Positions 1 to 11,467 of a stretch of DNA of 64,000 bases are shown one piece after another. Below the pieces are notes generated by a model. That model was not told where the DNA came from. It ran no database searches and saw nothing but the letters and a program-made list of their open reading frames with translations. Origin of the DNA: Octopus sinensis (Eukaryota). Where the stretch lies: the NCBI RefSeq assembly GCF_006345805.1, contig NC_042998.1, positions 203,360,001 through 203,424,000 on the forward strand, in the 5' to 3' direction. The position numbers were made by a program, and so were the translations under genes. Positions within the stretch are counted from its first letter, which is position 1, and the number at the start of each line of letters is the position of its first letter.

Positions 1-1812
1 TTTGGTCGGGGGGTGGGGGTGAGGAGTTCCTATGGTTTTTGTTGTTTGCTTGTTTGGTTTATTTTTCTTTTTACTTTATTATTCCATTGCTGAAATATGC
101 TAAAACAACATTGGAGAAGAAGAAGAAGAAGAAGAAGAAGAAGCACAATGGAAAGAGAGTCGTGAATTCCACTTAGCGTGGAAGATGTAAGTGCGGAGAC
201 TTACAGAAAATGGTAACACGAGAACCATGCAGTGTCCATGGCCGCAACAATTTCTACCCATCCCCCCCCCCGTCCCCCCACCTCCAGCACAGATACCCCC
301 ACCACCACCACCACCTCCTATTCACTCATCTCTGAGGTTTTATACTTTGGCCTTTTGTTGTTTTGGTTATATTTCCATTGAGGGGGAAGGGAGGGGGGGT
401 CTTAGTTATTCTTGTGCTTTTTTAAAAATCTTTTTGGGTCTTTTCTTTTTTTCCTTTTCGTTTTCTTTTTGTTTTCTTTTCCGGAAGCATCATTAATGGC
501 CTGTTCAATATTCAGCATCACAGAATTGCCATTCTCTTTGAGGGAGGATACAGTAACAGAATTTGCATCGCTGGAATTGTTAGTACAGGGCTGGCGTTAC
601 GAAACAGGACACCAACAGCAAACAAGACAGGTTCAATTTGAGCTGATGATTGTCACACATTCCATTTACTTAAACTGGAAGCAACCAGTTCAAAGCCAGA
701 GGAAAGACAGAGCTCAGGAGGTGTTGTAGCTGTCACAGGTTCTAATCACAGGTAAGGTATTGATTTAAATCTAAACAGAATAACAGACATCAATTGTGTC
801 TACAGGTACATCACAACAGTTTCAACGCAAGGCATTTGTTTACTTCCTCAACAGTCTGGCCCCAATAATCTTCTATTTTGTTCACTTTCTCTCAAACACA
901 CACAATTTCATCAGTGTTAAAAAAACAAAAAACGAAAATCTCTTGCTGGACTAAAGAGACAATTCCCATCACACAACAAGCAATCTCAAACCATCTTCTA
1001 GAACAGTGCTTCCCAGCATGGGGTCCACAGACCCCCTGGTGGCCCACAAAGGTAGAACTGGGGGCTGTGAACTAAATTCAAAATTTTATATACATAGCAT
1101 CGCCTTACTGGCACATAAACAAAACATTCGAGCAAGGTCGTTGCCAGTGCCGCTGGACTGACTCCTGTGCAGGTGGCACATAAAAAACACCATTTTGAGC
1201 GTGGCCGTTGCCAGTAGAATTAGACTGGCCCTTGTGCTGGTGGCATGTAAAAGCACCAACTACACTCTCGGAGTGGTTGGCATTAGGAAGGGCATCCAGC
1301 TGTAGAAACTCTGCCAGATCAAGATTGGGGCCTGGTGCAGCCATCTGATTCGCCAGACCTCAGTCAAAATCGTCCAACCCATGCTAGCATGGAAAGCAAA
1401 TGTTAAAGGATGATGATGATGACATATATACATAAGGATAAGCATATTAAAAGGGGTCTATGGGAAAACTCATTTAAATAAAAGGGTTGGGAACCCCTGT
1501 TCTAGTAATTTTAGATTGTAAATGTTCAGCTCCATATTACCTGTGGGTTTATGTGTTGCTGCACTTTTAACCAGGGTCCGATATGTGTCCTGTGTTACTG
1601 CTGGTGTCAAGAAGAGTGATACTCAATTATTGACTTGACACCAATCATATACACACACATATACATGTCTTCTGTTATGGCTAGAAGCAGTCCAGGGTAT
1701 GAGAATTTTTGACTTGACAGTCAAATATGACAAATTACTCCAAACCATCATTAGGGTATCTGCATAAGTGGAGCCAAGACTGGTTAGTTTGTACTAGCAG
1801 TGAGTTGTATTA

Positions 1813-2056
1813 GTTGTAATAACGAAGTCAAACACCAAATGAGGATCTTTTGAAGTCATTTAATACATAAGCTTCAGGTTTGTGTAATAAATTGCATAAA
1901 CCTTCCTCAGTTAAAACATTTCAAAATATTTTGTAATGTTTAAACTGAGGAAGGTTTACGTAATGGATGCATTTCCTGTTATTGCACAAACTTGAAACAT
2001 ATGTATTAAATGATTTCAAAAGATCCCTATTTGGTGTTTCACTTTATTATTACAAC
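1813..2056. mobile_element. Palindromic 244-bp MITE flanked by TA (Tc1/mariner-type non-autonomous)
   Basis: Left arm GTTGTAATAACGAAGTCAAACACCAAAT is the near reverse complement of right arm ...TTTGGTGTTTCACTTTATTATTACAAC. Inner hairpin taaaccttcctcag...ctgaggaaggttta. TA on both sides. A degenerate relative lies near 13720-13790. Confidence 0.8.
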
Positions 2057-2999
2057 TATATTTATGTGTGTGTCTTTGTGTTTGTTTGTCTCCCCCCCCC
2101 CCACAACCACTATCACTTAGCAACCAGTGTTTGTGTGTTTACATCCCTGTAACTTAGTGGTTCAGCAAAAGTGACCAATACAATATGCACCAGGCTTTAC
2201 CAAAAGTAAGTACTGGGGTCGATTCATTCAACTAAAAAAATTGTTCAAGGCAGTGCCCCAGCATGGCCATAGTCTAATGACTGGAACAAGCAAAAGATAA
2301 AAAATTTGTTTAGTGTTTTGGAACATAATTTGAAATTTTCCTGTAAAGTTTTTAGATCCCTTTATTTCAGGGAGAGGCCTGACGGGGGCAAAGTGTTCAG
2401 GGGCCTCATGGAGGCAATGACCAAGACCTTTGGCATTAGGTCATGCTTGAGAAGAAATCCCATCAAGCCGAGCAAAATCACAGAAGTGGCAGATACTGAT
2501 GTCGTGCAAATGGCACCTGTGCCAGTGGCACATAAAAAGCACTTGTTACAATCTTGGAGTGGTTGGCTTTAGGAAGGGCATCCAGCCGTAGAAACTTTGC
2601 CAAATCAGATCGGAGCCTGGTACAGCCTTCCTGCTTGCCAGCCCTGGCCAAACCATCCAACCCATGCCAGCATGGACAATGGACATCAAATAATGATGAT
2701 GATGATGATGATGATAGGGTAAGCTGAGTAAATTAACCCCAGGGCTCAATTGGTACTTGTTTTATAGACCTCGAAATATAGGTGCAGGGTCTGAAACTGT
2801 GAGGTGGGGAGGGGGACTGGTTGATTACACTGACCCCCACCCCCAGTGTTTCACTGGTACTTAATCCATCAACCCCAAAAAGATGAAAGGCAATGTTGAC
2901 CTCAACAGAATTTGAACTCAGAATATAAAGATGGATGAAACACTGCTAAGCATTTTGCCTGGTTTGCTAAGGATTCTGCCAGCTCGTCACCTTGGTAAC

Positions 3000-4010
3000 C
3001 ATCATCATCATCATCGTAATTTAGCATCTGTAATGTCAGTGTTCATACTCAACAGAGTGTAAGTACCTTGAGAGAAAAGTTGAACCTAAGAAGCATCAGT
3101 TGTGGAGTGCAAGAGAGACAATTGCGCTGGTATGGTCATGTGGCGAGAATGGATGAAGATAGTTGTGTGAAAAAGTGTCACACCCTAGCGGTTGAGGGAA
3201 CCTGCGGAAGAGATAGATCCAAGAAGACCTGGGATGAGGTGGTGAAGCACGACCTTTGAACATTAGGTCTCACCGAGGCAATGACTAGTGACCGAGACCT
3301 TTGGAAGTATGCTGTGCGTGAGAAGACCCGGCAGGACAAGTGAGACCATAACCTGTGGCCTCTACCTGGGATGTCGCCAGCGCACTTATACATATCTTTC
3401 CTTCTTGGGACACAAAACTCAACTTGCGAAGACCTGTTGAGGCAAGTGAAATCAAAATTGAAATCGCTCAAAAATCAATGGAAATTGCAGTTGTGATACC
3501 AGTGCCGGTGGCACGTAAAAGGAACATCAGAACGTGGCCGTTGCCAGCGCCGCCCCAACTGGCCTCCTTGCCGGTGGCACGTAAAAGGAACATCCGAACG
3601 TGGCCGTTGCCAGCGCCGCCCCAACTGGCCTCCTTGCCGGTGGCACGTAAAAGGAACATCCGAACGTGGCCGTTGCCAGCGCCGCCCTGACTGGCCTCCT
3701 TGCCGGTGGCACGTAAAAGGAACATCCGAACGTGGCCGTTGCCAGCGCCGCCCTGACTGGCCTCCTTGCCGGTGGCACGTAAAAAGCACCAACCGATCGT
3801 GGCCGTTGTCAGCCTCGTCTGGCACCTGTGTCGGTGGCACATAAAAAGCACCCACTACACTCACGGAGTGGTTGGCGTTAGGAAAGGCATCCAGCTGTAG
3901 AAACACTGCCAGATAAGACTGGAGCCTGGTGCAGCCTCCTGGCTCTCCAGACCCCAGTCGAACCATCCAACCCATGCTAGCATGGAAAACGGACATTAAA
4001 TGATGATGAT
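3000..4010 (+). mobile_element. RTE-clade LINE 3' end: ORF2 C-terminus, long 3'UTR and (GAT)n tail
   Basis: RQLRWYGHVARMDEDSCVKKC...GRDRSKKTWDEVVKHDL is a typical RTE ORF2 end. It continues into the abundant ...GGACGTTAAACGATGATGAT-type repeat. Confidence 0.85.
3504..3785 (+). repeat. 66-bp tandem repeat (4 full units plus a partial) inside the RTE 3'UTR
   Basis: GCCGGTGGCACGTAAAA recurs at 3504, 3570, 3636, 3702 and 3768. Confidence 0.95.
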
Positions 4011-6429
4011 TTGTTGCGTAATGTCCATGTTCGCCAATGGTAATGGCTGGACAGTTAAACAGCACCTGGTGGATTCAAGGACTGCATCATGCATCAGTGT
4101 GCACTTTGTGCCAGTGACATGAGTGAGGCTACCACAGAGTTTGCAAGACTATGAGCCCCATGACTATATGCTAAGAGATAGAAGCAGAAGTATGAGAGAA
4201 GGGGCCACATCAAAACAAATTTCTTGCTGCAGAGAAGGTGGATGACAAATCACATTTGAGTCTTGATGATGATTTTGCTCTGCTTCCTAACCATATGGTT
4301 CTGGGTTCAATCCTACTGTGTGGTACCTTGGGCAAATGGCTTCTACTGTAGCTTCAAGCCAGCCAGAGCCTTGTGAGAGGATTTTGGCAAACAGAAACTG
4401 GAAGAAGCCTATCATATGTAAGTGAGTGTGTGTGTGTGTCATGCCAATGTTTGAAAACAGGTGTTGGTTTGTTTACATCCCTATAACTTAGTGGTAATAC
4501 AAAAGTGGCCCAAAAAATAAGTACAAGGATTTAAAAACAAAAAATAAGTACTGGGGTCGATCTATTCAACTAAATTTCCTCAAGGCACTGCGTCTTCCTT
4601 GTCCCTCCCCCATGTCCTTCACTCCACCCCCACCCCATTGACCACTTAGTCCTCCACCCAGTCCCCTCTGTCTTCATCTCTATCCATCTGTCAAACCCCT
4701 TTCACATTCTCCCTTCCTCAGCTACTCCTTCTCTTCTCCTCCTTGTATGTTCAGGGTTAAGCCCCAGTACCTCATTACCACCATCCCCTTTAGCTAGGCA
4801 AACCATGTATCTTCTCTAAAGCAAGGCATTCGTTCCTGCCCCACCATCATACTTCAACCTCTCAACATCTGGCATCGAGCCACCTTCCTTGATGCTAGAC
4901 TCCCACCCTCTCTTACAAGGTCTTGTCTCGTGGGTCACCACTCAGTGACCGCAGCAGTGCAGGTGCCATGCAAAATGTGCCAAGCCAAAGCAGACACTGG
5001 TGCTCAATGAAGATCCCTGGCTGAGGCAGATCCTGTTGGATTGTCCAACCCATGCCAGCACAGAAGACAGAGGTTAAACAATGACAATGATATGTGTGTA
5101 TACATACACATTCAAGCACACAAATACATGAGTTTCAGCATGTGTGTGTGTATCTATCTATCTTATATTATATATATATATATCATCATCATCGTTTAAC
5201 GTCCATTTTCCATGCTAGCATGGGTTGGACGATTTGACTGAGGTCTGGCGAACCAGACTCCAGTCTGATCTGGCAGTGTTTCTATAGCTGGATGCCCTTC
5301 CTAACGCCAACCACTCCAAGAGTGTAGTGAGTGCTTTTTATGTGTTACTGGCACAGGTGCCAGGGGAAGCTGGAACAGCCATGATCGGTTGGTGCTTTTT
5401 ATGTGCCACTAGCACAGAAACCAGTCAAGGTGGCACTGGCATTGGCCACGTTCGGATGGTGCTTTTTATGTGCCACCGGCACGGGACGTATATATATATA
5501 TATAAAGGAATACAAAAAATGGGACAAGAACGCAAAACATCCAGACAGGTGATGCAAAAAAGGGATGAGAAGAAACAGGGACGGGTCATTCGGAGTTTTC
5601 TTTCCTCAGTCAAGTTCCAGATTATCATTTGCAATTTCAGCTGGTTATACTCGAGATTGCTCCAATCTGGCCAGTCCCAAGGAAAAACTAAGCTAAGAGC
5701 ACTAGATTCCTTGGAAGAAAGCAGCAAATGTATATAAAATATGTATATATATAAGCAAATGTGTATGCATGTGCATGTATGTAGAAATGCTATATAGACA
5801 CTGTATTTAATATATATTCTGTAGTACTATTTATTTTAAAATGGAAACTGCTCATGCTTTAAATACCATTTCCCCACCACCACCACCACCACCACCACCA
5901 CCATTTCGTATTCCAAGGAGGGAGGGGGGAGAGTGGAGGGAAAATTTTATGATTGCCATTAATAATTCTAACATGTAATTTCTCATGCAAGCCTTTGGAA
6001 GTCTTTTTAAGGTGATTCTGTTGTGAATATTTACTAGGAACCAGTTTGGCAATTCAAAAAAACAGCCGATAATTATGTCTAACATGAGCAAATATGGTGA
6101 GAAAATGCAAATTAAAATCGGGATATAAACGAATTATTGGTGAATGTTTGCACACGAGAGAGAGAGAGAGAGTGTGTGTGCGTGTGTGTGTGTTTTAAGT
6201 TTGCAACGATTACCATCCACAACTGCATCTCCACCACCACCACCATCACGGTCATCCGCACAGCCACCACTCCCACTCTCTCCCCACCTCCATCACTTAC
6301 AACTGCAGCAGCAACTGAAGTGTTTTCCTCCTCCATGTTTTTCGCATCAGCACAAATTAACAACGCTAGCTTCCATCTCTTCATGCATCTTGCGCGTGGG
6401 GGGGGAGTGTGTGGGGGGAGAGTGTGTGC

Positions 6430-6690
6430 GCTATTGTATGTGTGAGTGTGTCTGAGTGTGTGCGTGTCCGAGTGTGTGTGTATGAGTGTGTGTCTGAGTG
6501 CATGTGTGTGTGTGTCTGAGTGTATGTGTGCGTGTCTGGGTGTATGTGTGTGTCTGAGTGTATGTGCGTGTCTGAGTGTACGTGCGTGTCTGAGTGTACG
6601 TGCGTGTCTGAGTGTACGTGTGTGTCTGAGTGTACGTGCGTGTCTGAGTGTGTGTCTGAGTGTATGCATGCGTGAGTCTGTGAGCATGCA
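6430..6690. repeat. 18-bp minisatellite (GTGCGTGTCTGAGTGTAC-like) in a (GT)n background
   Basis: TCTGAGTG at 6553, 6571, 6589, 6607, 6625 and 6643. Confidence 0.9.
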
Positions 6691-8161
6691 TGTGTGTAAA
6701 AAGAGACCTGCCTGACAGGCTCCCGTGCCGGTGGCACATAAAACCACCCACTACACGCTCAGAGTGGTTGGCATTAGGAAGGGCATCCAGCTGTAGAAAC
6801 ACTGCCAGATCAGATTGGAGCCTGGTGCGGCCTCCTGGCTCACCAGTCCTCACTCAAACTGTCCAACTCATTCCAGCATAATTATACAGAGTCCTGGAAC
6901 ATTTTGCAGCTTCGCATGGTGTGTGTTATTCTCTAACATGGATGCTTTTGTATCCCTAAAAACGCACAGCCCCAACTAGATTCCACAGTCATGTCACTAT
7001 ACAGTAATCCCTCAACAATCGCGGATGTTACATTCCAGCCCCCAGCCCCCACAATAGGTGAAAACTCATAATGTAGAAACAGTACTTTTTATTCATTTGT
7101 CACTTGATTGTGGCCATGCTGGAGCACTGCCTTTAGTCGAGCAAATCGACCCCAGGACTTATTCTTTGTAAGCCTAGTACTTATCCTATTGGTCACTTTT
7201 GCTGAACCGCTAACTTACAGGGACGTAAACACACCAGCATCGGTTGTCAAGCGATGTTCGGGGGACAAAGATAGATACACAAATACACACACACACACGT
7301 ATATATATATGATGGGCTTCTTTCAGTTTCCGTCTACCAAATCCACTCACAAGGCTTTGGTTGACCCTGGGCTATAGCAGAAGACACTTGCCCAAGGTGC
7401 CATGCAGTGGGACTGAACCCAGAATCATGTGGTTGGTAAGCAAGCTACTTACCACGCAGCCACTCCTTTATTATTGGTATAATTTGTATATCATCATCAT
7501 CATCATCGTTTAACGTCCGTTTTCCGCGCTAGCACGGGTTGGACGGTTCGACCGGGGTCTGGGAAGCCAGGGGCTGTACCAGGCTCCAGTCTGATCTAGC
7601 AGAGTTTCTACAGCTGGATGCCCTTCCTAACGTCAACCACTCCGCGAGTGTAGTGGGTGCTTTTTACGTGCCAGCAGCACAAGGGCCAGGAGGGTCTGGC
7701 ATCTGCCACGATCGGTTGGAGCTTTTAACGTGCCACCGGCACGGAAGCCATCGAAGGCGGCGCTGGCAAAGGCCATTTATTTTATTATAAATGCAAAACA
7801 ACACCATGGAGGAATTGACATAAGCATAAGTAAAAAACTGCGATAGGTGAACCGCAATATGGCGAGGGATTCCTGTACACACCTGAATATACGCTAAGAA
7901 TTGCTGAAACATGGAACAAACTGCCGGCATCAGTTGTTAGTTGTCGGAGCACTGCATCTTTCAAAACTTCCATGCTTCCTGAGATTCGCCAACACTACAC
8001 CTGATTTTCTCTCCCCTCCATACACACGCAAGCATGGATCTGACTCATACACTGTTCGCTTTCCAGACATTTGTACATTACTGCATATGCTTAATATGCA
8101 CTTTTGACAAGTTGTGGTGCACCTGAGCACTGTGTACAATAATATCATTATTATTATTATT

Positions 8162-8622
8162 GAGTGAGAGAGCAGTTCATGCCATCAAAGTGACACTGGG
8201 GTAAAATATACGAAGCCCAGTATATCCATCATGACTACCCGTCTGATAAAGGTACACCAGGCACATGCATCACAACCATATGTGCGCGACATGGTGATCT
8301 CATATCAAGATAAACAGCACATGACCTTGCAGGTAGGGCCCAGTTAGAATTATCTTCAGGTTGAGTAGCCCATCCCGCTCAAAAGGTCCCTGAATAAGGG
8401 TTGTTTAAGGATGTTGAAAGAACCACCCATGTTTCCAGAGGTGAATTATTTAAACCTCCAAGAATCCCTCTCAACACATGGCTATGAGGCTCCCCCATTA
8501 CTTCTGCTCGTGATCAGAGATGCACATATCGTCAGCCACTAAGGGACATGCTCAACTGGTTACGGTCAAACAACTGACAAGCAAATCTGTGGTATTGAGC
8601 AGAATATTTGCTGTAGCCCATC

Positions 8623-8627
<5 letters not shown>
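8162..8627. mobile_element. Unclassified ~460-bp interspersed repeat (family D); second copy at ~53737-54185
   Basis: The two copies align end to end (ATGCCATCAAAGTGACA...CCATCTTTTAT). Both sit next to (ATT)n runs. Confidence 0.75.
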
Positions 8628-8662
<35 letters not shown>

Positions 8663-8741
8663 CACCTGAAAGCCAAGTAAATAAAACACGAATACAAAAA
8701 AGAAAAAGAGGAAAATCAACAAAGTTTCGTTGGAAACAAAC

Positions 8742-8902
8742 CTCGTATCCTGGCAGAGTCCTCACACTGCGGACCACAGAAACGGTGACAATATGCTGCA
8801 GGAAGACAGGATTGCTGCCAAGTAGTGAACTACGATCAAGCTGAACGTGAAGAGTGAACATAGCGCAGCCAACGGGACTCAACCACTGGTTACCACCACG
8901 GC
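8742..8902 (-). CDS. HLCS: HLCS exon (GRGGNQWLSPVGCAMFTLHV...VRSVRTLPGYE), last exon found in the window
   Basis: ttgtatag acceptor, GTTTGT donor, phase 1-0. GRGGxxWxSP biotin-binding loop as in BirA/HLCS. The downstream KWPND exon was not found in 1..8741. Confidence 0.95.
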
Positions 8903-9114
8903 CTATACAATAGGGGTAAAATATAGCAAAAAGTAATGTTAAATCGTGGCAATTAAACACTTTAATAATGTCATTTTATGAAAATCTGGTAAAACTCAAT
9001 TGAAACAGTGTTAACTTAAAATAGGGAGAGTTTACGAAAAAAAACAAAAGACGAAGACAGGTGGTGTACAAAACAAACAGATATATTAGTATAACACTCA
9101 GGAATAGAAAAAGT

Positions 9115-9150
9115 CTTTTACGTTTCGAGCCTACGCTCTTCCACAGAAAG
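9115..9150 (-). ncRNA. Minimal type-I hammerhead ribozyme-like motif in a repeat (non-canonical core)
   Basis: The minus strand reads CTTT-CTGTGGA-A-GAGC-GTAG-GCTC-GAAA-CGT-A-AAAG: stem I, stem II and palindromic ACGT stem III. A6 is replaced by U and there is one extra A. Confidence 0.45.
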
Positions 9151-10482
9151 GGACACAGAAAAAACAAGAAGAGAAAAAAATGTGTGTAGTGGCTAACGAT
9201 CTATCATGGCGATAATGATAACTTAAAATGGCCGAGTAAGAGATGTGTATCATACACAATGTATGAAGAGAGTGCAAGGCAGGTGGACAAGTCCACCTTG
9301 GTTGAATGCCAGATACACGACTTCCCATGGGATTGTATTTACAGTGAAATGGCAAGGGGCAAGGTGAACAGGAAAAGCGTTTCAAGGAGACCCTCAAAAC
9401 CTCACTGAAGAGCTTTGAGATTCAAGATAAACCCCAACACTCAGGAAATGCAAGTACAAGACTGCCCTCATCATCATCATTATCATTTAACGTCCGTTTT
9501 CCATGCTAGCATGGGTTGGACGGTTCGACTGGGGTCTGGTAAGCCATGGAGGCTGCACCAGGCTCCAGTCTGATCTGGCAGTGTTTCTACAGCTGGATGC
9601 CCTTCCTAACGCCAACCACTCCGTGAGTGTAGTGGGTGTTTTTTATGTTCCACCGGCACAGGGGCCAGAGCAGGCTGGCAAACGGACACGATCGGTTGGT
9701 GCTTTTAGGTGTCACCGACACAGACAGTCAGATGGTGTTGGCGTCTGAAAAAATGTGTTTGTCAGAAGTGGGATCAGTTTGGCAAAAATGTGCAAAGATG
9801 TGCAAAGAGAACAAGATTGCAGGGGTGGACTATAGAGAGTGAGCAGAATCGGTAGAACACCAGAACGAGTGATTACTCTTTTACTTGTTTCAGTCACTTG
9901 ACTGAGGCCATGCTGGAGCACCACCTTTAGTCGAGCAAATCGACCCCAGGACTTATTCTTTGTAAGCCCAGTACTTATTCTATCGGTCTCTTTTGCCGAA
10001 CTACTAACTTACAGGGATGTAAACACACCAGCATCGGTTGTCAAGCGATGTTGGGTGGACAAACACAAACTACACACACATACACATATATATATATATA
10101 TACGACGGGCTTCTTTCAGTTTCTGTCTACCAAATCCACTCACAAGACATTGGTCGGCCCGAGGCTATAGTAGAAGACACTTGCCCAAGGTGCCACGCAG
10201 TGGGACTGAACCCGGAACCATGTGGTTGGTAAGCAAGCTACTTACCACACAGCCACTCCCACGCCTCTATGGCTATTTCTACTTCCCTGCCAACCAAGCA
10301 ATTCAACTTTTCTCCTCCGAGTCCAAAACAGGAATTTGACAGATTGTTAAACAAGGGAGGCAACTCTTGCACACCAATCTTAGCGTTTATATTGTAAAGA
10401 TAACACTTCTCAGAAATTCAAATAAAGGAAAAGAATAACTTAGTACAGCAAGGAACGGCATTTATTTGTTTTTATAAAACAA

Positions 10483-10875
10483 ACTAGCAGTATTGCCCGG
10501 CGTTGCTCGGGTTTGTTTCGTCCCTTTAGAATTGGAATTTTTGAAAAGTAAAAATTTTGCATTATGTAGCTTGTTATTCTCTTTAAGTGAACATTTTTCT
10601 GGTTGAAATACACCGAAAAATGGCGACACAGCTGTCAAAAAATCGTAAAAAATAGGGATTTTCATAGAAAAAAAAGCACCTTTTTGATGTAAATAATTTT
10701 TGATGTTAACATGGTCCAATTTGAAATTTTTCTTCTACGGAAGGAAGAGCAAGTTTCCTTCTATCATACTCTCAATTTTGGTCAACTTGCGCCGCAGGGT
10801 CTCTGAGGAGATAGTGTTTGTTGAAGGTTACCAAACCTGCCATACACAGACAACTTCAGCTTTATATATATTGAT
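10483..10875 (+). mobile_element. Helitron-like element with the same 5' end but a different interior
   Basis: ACTAGCAGTATTGCCCGGCGTTGCTCGGGTTTGT start and CTTTATATATATTGAT end. The interior is unlike the 13802 copy. Confidence 0.55.
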
Positions 10876-11253
10876 ATAACGACTTTTATCAAGATCAGAA
10901 GATTGAAGTGTCAGAGTTTCAATGACGATGACAATCACTTACAAGTCTCGCTTGATTCTAAGACAAAGAGACAAACACAGAAGAAACATAAACAATGAAT
11001 GTCTTTCACATTCTTTCTCCCAAATCGACTCAACGAAATCTTTGTCGTCCTGCAACTATAAGAGATGGCACTTATCCGAGATTTCATGCAGTGAGACTGA
11101 ACCTGAAACCATGGGCTTGGTAAGCAAACTTCTTCACCACACAGCCAGAAGCAAACTTAACAGCTAAACCACCCCTGCAATCCGTCAGCTTCTACCCATC
11201 CCAATGCTAGATAACTGTACAATACAGAGAATGTGCAGCAATCATTTACTTAA

Positions 11254-11467
11254 CCCCTTCATTACCATATTTCTGTTGAGATGCTCTGTGTTTCTTTCAA
11301 TTGCTTCAAATATAATAAAGAATTTAGTAAAATAACTTAGTTAAGCTGGTGTTAGGAACATAAATTGTGACTAAGGTTTGGTGGAAGATTTTAATTAAAA
11401 ACTTATGAAAACAAGACATTTGTACTCAGAGCCAGAACTGGTTTCAGCCAGGATGGTAATGGAAGGG
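11254..11467. mobile_element. piggyBac-type MITE, uninterrupted copy
   Basis: TTAA on both sides (11250-11253, 11468-11471). TIR CCCCTTCATTACC / GGTAATGGAAGGG. Confidence 0.8.

Noticed and set aside
488-920. Plus-strand mini-gene with a 54-nt intron (752-805), or a frame with one in-frame TGA suggesting selenocysteine
   Set aside because: No start codon context, no recognisable homology and no SECIS seen. Part of the openness is the antisense shadow of the minus-strand frame.
3355-4065. Repetitive ORFs and a CRISPR-like look of the 66-bp array
   Set aside because: Units are contiguous with no unique spacers, there are no cas genes, and the context is a eukaryotic LINE UTR.
5581-5615. CTGAGGA...CCGAA hammerhead-like string on the minus strand
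   Set aside because: Stem II does not pair, GAAA is incomplete, and there is no A15.1-U16.1 pair.
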